64,000 nucleotides of DNA from assembly GCA_963675755.2 (NCBI GenBank), contig CAXXMD010000001.1, positions 326,049-390,048 on the forward strand. Reading direction: 5' to 3'. The position numbers and the translations under genes were made by a program. The notes beneath the pieces are model-generated. The model was not told the origin of the DNA and did no database searches. It saw only the letters and a program-made list of their open reading frames with translations. Below, piece by piece: positions 46,262 to 55,073 of this stretch (its first letter is position 1; each line of letters begins with the position of its first letter). The stretch is from a bacterium. Lineage in GTDB: Bacteria > Zhuqueibacterota > Zhuqueibacteria > Residuimicrobiales > Krinioviventaceae.

Positions 46262-46440
46262 TTTCCGACGGCAGGTCTCCTGGCTTGGATTTAATGCCTA
46301 CTTACCGCACCTTCCCACCTGAGGCTTGCAGGCAGTGGCTGGGTCTATAGACCGATTGCGGCTTTGGTTATCCTTACAGTAGCGGGGCTGCAACGGATTT
46401 GCACCGTTTTCCCTATTATCCCATTCGGGCACCGTTATGT
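46262..46440 (-). ncRNA. Cobalamin riboswitch
   Basis: Minus strand reads CGGTGCCC..AATAGGGAAAACGGTGCAAATCCGTTGCAGCCCCGCTACTGTAA..GCCACTG..GGGAAGG..AAGCCAGGAGACCTGCC (B12 box). Confidence 0.95.
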
Positions 46441-46583
46441 CGAATTAATGTAGTTATTTTTTTCAATAATGCAAATGTTTTAAATTTGCAGCAGGGTAGA
46501 AATTGTTTGATAAAAGTAATATAATTACTATCTTGTTTATCCTGTTATTAATTAATCTGTTAAATTAGATTTCTAGAGAAGAT

Positions 46584-46784
46584 ATGGAAAAAGAAAACCA
46601 GATTACCCCCGAATCGATAATTCCCAATGTTGAAAATCGTTCTTTTGATTCATTTGAATCCTTTTACAAGAGTATTCCTTATGAGGGTTCGCTGGGAATA
46701 CTTGCGTTAGGAGCAATGGGCGTGATGGCCTGGCGAAAAAAACGCGCGGAAATGGATGACAAAAAATCTCATGAGGAGAGTTGA
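46584..46784 (+). CDS. 66-aa peptide with a PEP-CTERM-like TM helix and basic tail
   Basis: IPYEGSLGILALGAMGVMAWRKKR; stop overlaps the next ATG (TGATG at 46782-86). Confidence 0.75.
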   Translation: MEKENQITPESIIPNVENRSFDSFESFYKSIPYEGSLGILALGAMGVMAWRKKRAEMDDKKSHEES

Positions 46785-48793
46785 TGGGTAAACGACTTGC
46801 CAAAAAGGTATTGCTGATTGGATGGGACGCTGCGGACTGGAAGATTATTAATCCTTTGATGGATAACGGGCAAATGCCTGCACTGGAGAGTCTGGTGAAC
46901 AATGGCGTAATGGGAAATTTAGCCACCCTTGATCCACCCATGTCGCCCATGCTATGGACTTCTATTGCAACCGGCAAGCATGCGGACAAGCATGGCATAT
47001 TGAATTTTACCGAACCTTCTCCGCAATCTGCCGGTATACGACCGGTTTCAGTGTCCTCACGTAAAGTAAAAGCCATTTGGAATATTTTAACTCAGGAAAA
47101 CTATAAAACCCATGTGGTTGGCTGGTGGCCCAGTCATCCCGCTGAGCCGATCAATGGGACCTGTGTCTCTAACTTTTATCAGCGCGCGCATGCTCCCATA
47201 GATAAACCCTGGCCCATGCGCCCGGGTACCGTGCATCCCAAAGCTAAAGAAAAGCTGTTTGATCAACTGCGCGTACACCCGCAGGAACTAACGGCTGCGC
47301 ATATTCTTCCATTTGTTCCGGATGCCGCGAAAATTGATCAGGAAAAAGACAAGCGATTGGAATCCCTAGCTAAAATAATTGCGGATTGTTCAAGCATCCA
47401 TTCTGCAGCAACATGGATACTGGAGAATGAAGAATGGGATTTTATGGCGGTTTATTATGACGCCATTGATCATTTTTGTCATGGATTTATGAATTTTCAC
47501 CCACCACGCATGCCGCATGTTCCTGAGGATTTATTTGAGCTTTACAAAGGTGTTGTGACAGGTGGTTATCTTTTTCATGATATGATGTTATCACGTTTGT
47601 TACAGCTAGCTGGTGATGATGTGACGGTTATACTGGTTTCTGATCATGGTTTTCACTCGGACCATTTACGTCCGTTGTCAATACCCAAAGAACCCGCGGG
47701 ACCGGCATGGCAGCACCGTCCTTATGGTGTTGTATGTATGAAAGGCCCAAACATACAACAGGATGAAAGGATTTACGGTGCAAACCTGCTGGATATTACC
47801 CCAACACTTTTAACATTGTTTGGTCTGCCTATTGGCAATGATATGGATGGCAAGCCGCTGGTACAATCTTTTGATAAACTGGTTGAACCTGAATACATAC
47901 CTACATGGGAAAAGGTCAAAGGTGAATGCGGAATGCTGCCTGAAAATGTGCAGCAAGACCCCTATGCGGAACAGGAAGCCATGGAACAGCTTATTGCTTT
48001 GGGTTATGTTGAAAAACCGGGAGATGACCAGCAAAAAGCCATTGAACAGACATTAAACGAATCCCAGTTTTATCTTGCACGGGTATACATGAACAAGAAT
48101 TTGTATCATGAGGCTTTGCCGGTGCTTGAAAAATTGTATGAAAAACATTCCGATCAGACCCGCTTTGCTTTTCATCTTGCAAAATGTTACCAGGTACTGG
48201 GTAAAAATATAAGCGCACGCAAGGTCATAGAAAAAGTGATAGCCGATAAAGAAAAATACAGTCCTCAATTTGATTTGTTATTAGGTTCATTAGCTTTGGC
48301 TGATAAAGATTACCAAACTGCGCTTGAATTATTGTTAAAAGCTGAAAAAGCACAGCCACGCCTGCCTTTGTTGCATCAGCAGATCGGACAAACCTACCTG
48401 AAAATGGGCAAGCTTGAATATGCTGAACGTGCATATACCAAAGCTCTCGAGATCGATCCCGACAGTCATATTGCCCATGATGGAATTGCCATCGTCTGTT
48501 TGCGTCAGCGCCGTAACGAAGAAGCAGCATCCTTTGCATTAAATGCCATTGGTTTAATCTATCATTATCCTATTGCGCATTATCATTTGGGACTGGCATT
48601 AACTCGTCTGGAAATGTATGAACGCGCGGCAGAAGCATTTGAGGTCAGTGCTGTGATTGTACCGGGATTTAAAAGTGCACATAGAATGCTGAAATACCTG
48701 TATCAACGCAAACTGAATATGAGCGATAAAGCGGCAAAGCACCAGGTTATTCTTGATGAGATCAATGCTAAACAGGCGGAGAAATTTTTATGA
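46784..48793 (+). CDS. Alkaline-phosphatase-superfamily (type I phosphodiesterase/NPP-like) protein with C-terminal TPRs
   Basis: LIGWDAADW, SPMLWTSIATG, DHFCH, VSDHGF, LIALGYV, then TPR repeats; no signal peptide. Confidence 0.88.
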   Translation: MGKRLAKKVLLIGWDAADWKIINPLMDNGQMPALESLVNNGVMGNLATLDPPMSPMLWTSIATGKHADKHGILNFTEPSPQSAGIRPVSVSSRKVKAIWNILTQENYKTHVVGWWPSHPAEPINGTCVSNFYQRAHAPIDKPWPMRPGTVHPKAKEKLFDQLRVHPQELTAAHILPFVPDAAKIDQEKDKRLESLAKIIADCSSIHSAATWILENEEWDFMAVYYDAIDHFCHGFMNFHPPRMPHVPEDLFELYKGVVTGGYLFHDMMLSRLLQLAGDDVTVILVSDHGFHSDHLRPLSIPKEPAGPAWQHRPYGVVCMKGPNIQQDERIYGANLLDITPTLLTLFGLPIGNDMDGKPLVQSFDKLVEPEYIPTWEKVKGECGMLPENVQQDPYAEQEAMEQLIALGYVEKPGDDQQKAIEQTLNESQFYLARVYMNKNLYHEALPVLEKLYEKHSDQTRFAFHLAKCYQVLGKNISARKVIEKVIADKEKYSPQFDLLLGSLALADKDYQTALELLLKAEKAQPRLPLLHQQIGQTYLKMGKLEYAERAYTKALEIDPDSHIAHDGIAIVCLRQRRNEEAASFALNAIGLIYHYPIAHYHLGLALTRLEMYERAAEAFEVSAVIVPGFKSAHRMLKYLYQRKLNMSDKAAKHQVILDEINAKQAEKFL

Positions 48794-49353
48794 TAACGAT
48801 TATTTCAGGTTTGCCCCGTTCAGGTACCTCATTGATGATGCAAATGCTTGAAAAAGGGGGGATGGACGTATTAACCGATGGAAAGCGCCAGGCAGATGAG
48901 AATAATCAGCGCGGTTACTATGAATATGAAAAAGTAAAAAGTCTTCGTACAGATAATAAATGGTTAATAGACCATGATGGCAAAGCAGTCAAGATCATTG
49001 CCCAGTTGCTGCCGTATGTACCCACAAAAGTGGAATTTAAAGTTATATATATGGTACGCCCCATTGAAGAGGTGATCCGGTCACAAAGGAAAATGATTAA
49101 AAACCTTGGTAATCAGGGCGCAAGCCTGAGTGATGCGGATTTGACCAAAGTTTTTTCGGTGCAAACCAACCGTGTACAAACCTGGTTAGCGATGAACAAG
49201 GTTGATTGTTTGTTTATGTTTTTTCCGGAAATTCTACATAATCCACTTGAAAAAGCCAATGAAATTTGTTCATTCCTGGGTACAAAATTAAATACGGATT
49301 TGATGGCCACAGTTGTGGATAAACGCTTGTGGCACGAAAAAAGTCAGTTGTAA
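48790..49353 (+). CDS. PAPS-dependent sulfotransferase-domain protein
   Basis: 5'-PSB loop SGLPRSGTSLMM; 3'-PB motif YMVRPIEEVIRS; ATGA overlap with the upstream gene. Confidence 0.85.
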   Translation: MITIISGLPRSGTSLMMQMLEKGGMDVLTDGKRQADENNQRGYYEYEKVKSLRTDNKWLIDHDGKAVKIIAQLLPYVPTKVEFKVIYMVRPIEEVIRSQRKMIKNLGNQGASLSDADLTKVFSVQTNRVQTWLAMNKVDCLFMFFPEILHNPLEKANEICSFLGTKLNTDLMATVVDKRLWHEKSQL

Positions 49354-49475
49354 AATTATCAATCATGAAATAGTGTAGTTTGGTCTTAATTAGTCAAGTT
49401 GCTTGTAGGTAAAAGCATCCTGAATTACCAAATTGTCTGCAATGATAGTATCCAAAAATTATAAAGAGGGTTGTA

Positions 49476-50669
49476 ATGAAATTTGATAAAAATAAAAGTC
49501 TGGAAAAACGATTGTTTGGGTATGCTGCGCTTGCCGGTACTGTGATAACTGCAGGGCCAACAGCACAGGCTGCTGTCATTAAAACGGACCCTGCTGACCA
49601 AACTGGATTAAAGACGATTAATGTTGACTTTAATAATGATCTTACAAATGATCTCATTATTAGGGCCGGTCAACAATCTGGAGTTGCAAGGTCAGACATT
49701 CGGATAGAAAATGCCACCGGTCAGGTATTGGGACAAACTTATTCAACTAGTTACACATGGAACTGGTATGCATCTCCATTGAATCTTAATAGTACAATAG
49801 GGGCTTCAAAAGCATTTCCCCCAGAATGGAAAGCACAGTTGTTAATGTATTCTAATCGCGGCTTTTGGTCCGGTGTGAACGAGAAATATGTAGGTGTTAA
49901 ATTCAAAATAGGCGAAAATACCCATTATGGATGGATAAAAATTTCTTGTTCTACTTATGATGCCTCTTCATCTTATTATACTTTATCTCTTTATGAATAT
50001 GCTTACGAGAGCACTCCCGGTGAGTCAATTAAAGCAGGCGCCGATGCCTCATTGCCTGTAGAACTTTCTTCTTTTACAGCAGTACCTGAGAATGGAGCAG
50101 TGAATTTGAGCTGGACCACCCAGAACGAGATCGATAACCTGGGCTTTATGCTCGAACGTCGATTAAAAGAAGAGTCCGACTGGGAGACCATTGCCAGTTA
50201 TAAAACCCATGTTGAACTTGCTGGGCAGGGTAACAAGAACAGTCCCACGAATTACCATTTTGCCGACAGTAACGTCTTCTCCGGCAACACCTATATTTAT
50301 CGCTTGTCAGATTTAGATGTGAACGGTGAAATTCATTCCAAACAAGAGATACAGGTAAAAGCATCCGATACGGTTGTGCCTGAATCAACAGAACTGTCTT
50401 CCGCTTTTCCTAATCCCTTCAACCCTTTCAATCCCGGTACCAGGGTACAGTATCAACTCGAGACGGATGTAAAAGTGACATTAAGCGTTGTTGACATTAC
50501 CGGGAGGACTGTCCGAACAATTGTCAATGAGAACCAGCCGGCGGGTCGTTATGAAATTGCATGGGACGGTAAAGATAGTTACGGAAATTCAACTCCCAGT
50601 GGAGTATATCTGCTGGTACTTAAAGCCGGCAACCTCACCAAGACCCACAAAGTGACGCGTCTGCGTTAA
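49476..50669 (+). CDS. Secreted HYGW-domain protein with Ig-like and FlgD-Ig C-terminal domains (paralog 1)
   Basis: Leader KRLFGYAALAG..AQA; YVGVKF..THYGWI..YAYE; LPVELSSF; PNPFNPFNP tail. Confidence 0.8.
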   Translation: MKFDKNKSLEKRLFGYAALAGTVITAGPTAQAAVIKTDPADQTGLKTINVDFNNDLTNDLIIRAGQQSGVARSDIRIENATGQVLGQTYSTSYTWNWYASPLNLNSTIGASKAFPPEWKAQLLMYSNRGFWSGVNEKYVGVKFKIGENTHYGWIKISCSTYDASSSYYTLSLYEYAYESTPGESIKAGADASLPVELSSFTAVPENGAVNLSWTTQNEIDNLGFMLERRLKEESDWETIASYKTHVELAGQGNKNSPTNYHFADSNVFSGNTYIYRLSDLDVNGEIHSKQEIQVKASDTVVPESTELSSAFPNPFNPFNPGTRVQYQLETDVKVTLSVVDITGRTVRTIVNENQPAGRYEIAWDGKDSYGNSTPSGVYLLVLKAGNLTKTHKVTRLR

Positions 50670-50689
50670 TTCATTCTGCAAAATTATGC

Positions 50690-50727
50690 CATGACCAGGA
50701 TAGGTAGAGTCCTGGTCATGTTTTTTT
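50690..50727 (+). terminator. Intrinsic terminator
   Basis: CATGACCAGGA...TCCTGGTCATG followed by a T-run. Confidence 0.75.
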
Positions 50728-50765
50728 CTCCAATTAATTATTGTGAATTATATTCAATAAAATCC

Positions 50766-50794
50766 TTGCATTATAATGTAATAATTTCTATAAT
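50766..50794 (+). promoter_or_regulatory. Sigma70-like promoter of paralog 2
   Basis: TTGCAT-N17-TATAAT; AAGGAGG RBS before ATG 50836. Confidence 0.6.
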
Positions 50795-50835
50795 ATTAGA
50801 TACATATGAAATGAAAATTTCAAGGAGGGAGTTCG

Positions 50836-51996
50836 ATGAAACCGCAATTGGATAAACGGATTGCAGGGTATTCTGCATTGGCAGCAGCAATGTTAACAGG
50901 AGCTCAGGGTAAGGCTGAAGTATTAAAATATAATTCAGGTGCAGTTTTAAATGAAGGCGGGGATTTTGTTAATATCGATTTTGATCAGGTAGGCGGAGAT
51001 GGTAATGATATTATGATTTCTTGCACTACATATCCCGGTCCTATTTTTTATGCACAGCATTTTGATTATGCCAATAGCGGTGCATTTTTAGGAAATATGG
51101 CAGGTTCTTCAATTATGTTTCCATTTGCATTGGAAGCAAGCAATAGTATTCCTGTTACCGGTGCCTGGAATTTAAATACATATAACACTTATGCTCAGGG
51201 CACTCTGAATGTTTTCAGTGGTTTTGCCGGCCATTGGAATAATAAATTTAACAAGTACATGGGTGTCAGATTTGATATCAGCGGTGCAACACATTACGGA
51301 TGGGTAAAAATGTCTTGTAACGGCCCTACCCTTACCATACATCAATTCGCTTATGAGACCAATGCTGATGCCGGTATTGATGCACCTTTGCCGGTAAAGT
51401 TGTCTTTATTCACTGCAGAGCCTGAAAAAGGTGGTATCAGTATTTCATGGACCACCCAAAGTGAAGAAGACAACCTCGGGTTTACTTTGGAACGTCGTCT
51501 TGATTCCGAAACCGAATGGACTCCCATTGCCAGTTATAAAACCGATGACGCATTAAAAGGGCAGGGTACCAGCACAAATGAAACAGAGTATCAATTCCAG
51601 GATAATGATGTTTTTGTCGGTAATACCTATCATTACCGTTTAACGGATGTTGATGTGAACGGCTATTCCAATTTTAGCAAAGTAATCCAGGTCGATGCCA
51701 CAAATCTGGTTGCACCCAGTGAAACTGAACTGATTTCTGCATATCCAAATCCTTTTAATCCGGGCACTACAATACAATACAAGCTTGAATCAGATCATTT
51801 TGTATCGCTGAGCGTGGTTGACATAACCGGACGAACGGTTCGTACGTTAGTCAAAGAAAACCAGCAAGCGGGCCAATATTCTTTTGCATGGGATGGAAAC
51901 GATAATACTGGCAATTCATCTCCCAGTGGTATTTATATGCTGGTGCTCAAGGCCGGCAATCTAGTCCGTACTCAAAAAGTGACTCGTTTAAGATAG
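50836..51996 (+). CDS. Secreted HYGW-domain protein with Ig-like and FlgD-Ig C-terminal domains (paralog 2)
   Basis: Leader KRIAGYSALAAA..GKA; YMGVRF..THYGWV..FAYE; LPVKLSLF; YPNPFNP tail. Confidence 0.8.
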   Translation: MKPQLDKRIAGYSALAAAMLTGAQGKAEVLKYNSGAVLNEGGDFVNIDFDQVGGDGNDIMISCTTYPGPIFYAQHFDYANSGAFLGNMAGSSIMFPFALEASNSIPVTGAWNLNTYNTYAQGTLNVFSGFAGHWNNKFNKYMGVRFDISGATHYGWVKMSCNGPTLTIHQFAYETNADAGIDAPLPVKLSLFTAEPEKGGISISWTTQSEEDNLGFTLERRLDSETEWTPIASYKTDDALKGQGTSTNETEYQFQDNDVFVGNTYHYRLTDVDVNGYSNFSKVIQVDATNLVAPSETELISAYPNPFNPGTTIQYKLESDHFVSLSVVDITGRTVRTLVKENQQAGQYSFAWDGNDNTGNSSPSGIYMLVLKAGNLVRTQKVTRLR

Positions 51997-52002
51997 TTTT
52001 TT

Positions 52003-52031
52003 AAAAAAGCCCAATTTTTTGGGCTTTTTTT
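52003..52031. terminator. Intrinsic terminator
   Basis: AAAAAAGCCCAA-TTTT-TTGGGCTTTTTT. Confidence 0.8.
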
Positions 52032-52175
52032 GTATATTCAGTATTGCATGTTTGTAAAATATTTTTTACGTTGAACAATATTCATATGATATGATCTGAA
52101 ATACTAGAATAGCAGTATAACTCTTATATCGCAATAAATAATTTAACCCGTCAATTTATTGAAGTTGAGCTATAT

Positions 52176-55073
52176 ATGCCAGATAGACCGTCATATCTCA
52201 GACCATTTATATTGAACATTCTTTTCCCCGCTTTGTTGACAATAATCCTTTTTGTTGTATCTATATTTGTAATTATTATACCTTCTCTTGAAAAAAACCT
52301 TCTTGATAAAAAGCGTGAAATGATCTGTGAACTTTCCAATTCTGCATGGAGTTTGTTGGAATCTTTTCATCAGCAACAGTTAAATAATGAAATTACATTT
52401 GAAAAAGCACAAGAAGAAGCCATTGCCGCTGTTAGTGCTTTGCGCTATGGTGAAGAAAATAAGGACTATTTTTGGATAACGGATATGCGTCCCTATATGG
52501 TTGTGCATCCGTATCGTAGTGATCTTGACGGTAAAGACCTGAATAATTTTAAAGATCCGAATGGAAAAAAGCTGTTTGTAGAATTTGCACGCACGGTTAA
52601 AGAACAGGGCAGCGGTTATATAGATTACTGGTGGCAGTGGAAAGATGATTCTACACGCATAGTTCCTAAATTATCATATGTACGTGGTTTTGAACCCTGG
52701 GATTGGATCGTTGGGACTGGTATTTATATAGAAGATGTAAGAATTGAAATAAACAGAATTACCAGACGATTAATTCATCTTTCTTTTTCCATTATTGTTA
52801 TTATATCGCTCATTCTTGCATATATTGCACGTCAGACATTCAGAATTGAAAAACAGAAACAGATTGCTGAATTTGAACTTGCAGAATCTAAAGAAAAATA
52901 TAAATCTCTTGTTGAAGCTTCGACCGAAGGTACACTGATGGTTATGGAGTTTCGGATCATTTTTGCAAATAGTACAATACAAAACTTGCTTGGATTTAGT
53001 GAAAAGGAATTGACAGATTTTTCACTGGATGAATTGGTAAAATTGGGTAAAAATGATGATGATTTATTCTCTTCTTTGTTGACCAAAGATGAACTTGAAG
53101 AACAATATGAAGCCGGTTTTTTTAAAAAAGATGGCTCAATGCTTGAAACGTTGATCTCTATTTCACATATAGATATTTTTGGCAAAGAAGGATTTATTAT
53201 AGTAGCCAAAGATATTAGCAGCCATAAAAAAATTCAGGAAGAACTGGGTGAAAGCAAACAAAAGTTTCAGGTGCTGACTGAAACAATCAATATGGGGGTT
53301 TTCAGGGTTTTATTGGGAAAAAAACCTCATTTTACTGAATTAAATTCTGCAGGCACCCGCATATTGGGAATTAATGAGCAGGATATCACTACTATATCTT
53401 TAACTGAATTTTTCCAGGATCCTAATGAAGCTGAAATATTTAGTAATACTTTATTAAATATGGGCAATATTAAAGAACGTGTTGTCAGTATTAAAAGACG
53501 AGATGGAAAATCAATTTATTTGTCAATCTCTGCAATTGTGATTAAAGACGATGATCATAATGAAAAATTTGTTGATGGAATTTTTGAGGACATCTCTGAA
53601 TTTAAAAAAACAGAAATGGTTCGGGAAGAGATAATATCCGAATTGAATACATCACTATTGTATCTGAATCAACCAGTTAAACATTTTGCACAATTTTATC
53701 CCAAAATTCCTATGCATCAATCCATACGGAATGCTGCGCTGGATATGAAAAAGAATCTGGCGAGTGCAGCTTTGGTTATTTCCGAAATGGGAGATGTTAT
53801 TGGAATTGTAACAATTGATGATTTGTGGAAGCGTGTGATATGTAATGAAAAAAAACTTTCTGATCCGGTTTTTGAGATCATGTCAGCACCTGTACAGACA
53901 ATTTCCGAAAATTCTCTTATCTTTGAAGCACTTTTGGTCATGCAGCAACGGTCTATAAGACATCTGCCACTTGCCGATATTAATGGCAATATTAACAGTA
54001 TGATCACAAACAAAGAAATAATCCAAATTCAACAATTCTCTACCGGATTGTTATTACATGAAATTCAGAATTGTAAAAATATTGAAGACCTGATTGATAA
54101 AAGTAAAACGCTACATGGTGTTGTTAAAAATTTAATTGAAAATGGAGTTCGGATTTCGACAATTACAAGGATTATCAGTTCATTTAGTGATGCTGTTTCT
54201 GTCAAGTGCATCGAGTTTGCTTTACAGTCGCAGGGGACGCCTCCATGTGATTTTGCATTTATTGTGATGGGCAGCCAGGGACGTGAAGAACAAACATTGT
54301 CTACAGATCAGGATAATATTATTATTTTTGAACAGACTGACCAACCCGTACAAGATTATTTTATTGGTCTTGCAGAAAAGATCAATACCTGGTTAGATCA
54401 GGCCGGATATCAATTCTGTAAGGGTGATGTGATGGCCAAAAACCCCAAGTGGTGTGCAAGTATAAATCAATGGAAACAGTATTTCAGCCATTGGATACAT
54501 GATGCAGATCCACAGGATTTGATTGATATTAGTATTTTCTTTGATTTTAGATTTTTATTTGGGAAACAAAAATTATCTAATGAATTACGTGATCATGTAT
54601 TAGAAACTTCAAAAGGTAAAGCCGCCTTTTTTAATCATTTGGCCAAGAATGCATTATTGGTTAAACCCCCATTAAATTTAATGGGGAATATTTCTACAAA
54701 ATCATCAGGGGATGAACAGATAGAGGGTTTTGATGTTAAACATGCATTGTTACCTATTGTTGATTTTTGCAGGATATATACATTACAGAATGGAATACGA
54801 GTAACGAATACTTTACAAAGATTGTCCGAATTAAAAGATAGAGAAGTAATTAATATTTCAACATTTGAAGAGATTGTTGAATGTTATGAATACCTGATGC
54901 TTCTCCGATTTAAACATCAGGTTAATGATTTGCAGAAAAATCGTATACCGGATAATATTATCAATCCTAAACGTCTTACACAAATTGAACAGCACACACT
55001 GAAAAAGATTTTCATACAAATAAATAGTTTCCAGAAAAAAATGAGTTATGATTTTACTGGTGTAGCATCTTAG
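52176..55073 (+). CDS. Membrane sensor: Cache, 2 PAS, CBS pair and DUF294 nucleotidyltransferase-like domain
   Basis: TM-LRYG..DYFWI..MVVHP..KDPNGK..KLSYVRGFEPWDWIVGTGIY-TM (sCache_2-like); PAS; CBS (IRHLP); MGSQGREEQTLSTDQDN, CKGDVMAKNPKW, IFFDFR. Confidence 0.85.
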   Translation: MPDRPSYLRPFILNILFPALLTIILFVVSIFVIIIPSLEKNLLDKKREMICELSNSAWSLLESFHQQQLNNEITFEKAQEEAIAAVSALRYGEENKDYFWITDMRPYMVVHPYRSDLDGKDLNNFKDPNGKKLFVEFARTVKEQGSGYIDYWWQWKDDSTRIVPKLSYVRGFEPWDWIVGTGIYIEDVRIEINRITRRLIHLSFSIIVIISLILAYIARQTFRIEKQKQIAEFELAESKEKYKSLVEASTEGTLMVMEFRIIFANSTIQNLLGFSEKELTDFSLDELVKLGKNDDDLFSSLLTKDELEEQYEAGFFKKDGSMLETLISISHIDIFGKEGFIIVAKDISSHKKIQEELGESKQKFQVLTETINMGVFRVLLGKKPHFTELNSAGTRILGINEQDITTISLTEFFQDPNEAEIFSNTLLNMGNIKERVVSIKRRDGKSIYLSISAIVIKDDDHNEKFVDGIFEDISEFKKTEMVREEIISELNTSLLYLNQPVKHFAQFYPKIPMHQSIRNAALDMKKNLASAALVISEMGDVIGIVTIDDLWKRVICNEKKLSDPVFEIMSAPVQTISENSLIFEALLVMQQRSIRHLPLADINGNINSMITNKEIIQIQQFSTGLLLHEIQNCKNIEDLIDKSKTLHGVVKNLIENGVRISTITRIISSFSDAVSVKCIEFALQSQGTPPCDFAFIVMGSQGREEQTLSTDQDNIIIFEQTDQPVQDYFIGLAEKINTWLDQAGYQFCKGDVMAKNPKWCASINQWKQYFSHWIHDADPQDLIDISIFFDFRFLFGKQKLSNELRDHVLETSKGKAAFFNHLAKNALLVKPPLNLMGNISTKSSGDEQIEGFDVKHALLPIVDFCRIYTLQNGIRVTNTLQRLSELKDREVINISTFEEIVECYEYLMLLRFKHQVNDLQKNRIPDNIINPKRLTQIEQHTLKKIFIQINSFQKKMSYDFTGVAS

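Noticed and set aside
46162-46350. 62-aa plus-strand ORF
   Set aside because: Antisense to the cobalamin riboswitch and receptor leader.
46584-49353. Classical RiPP cluster interpretation
   Set aside because: No recognised RiPP maturase, RRE, peptidase or exporter; the peptide looks like a membrane anchor. Kept only as an analogy in the findings.
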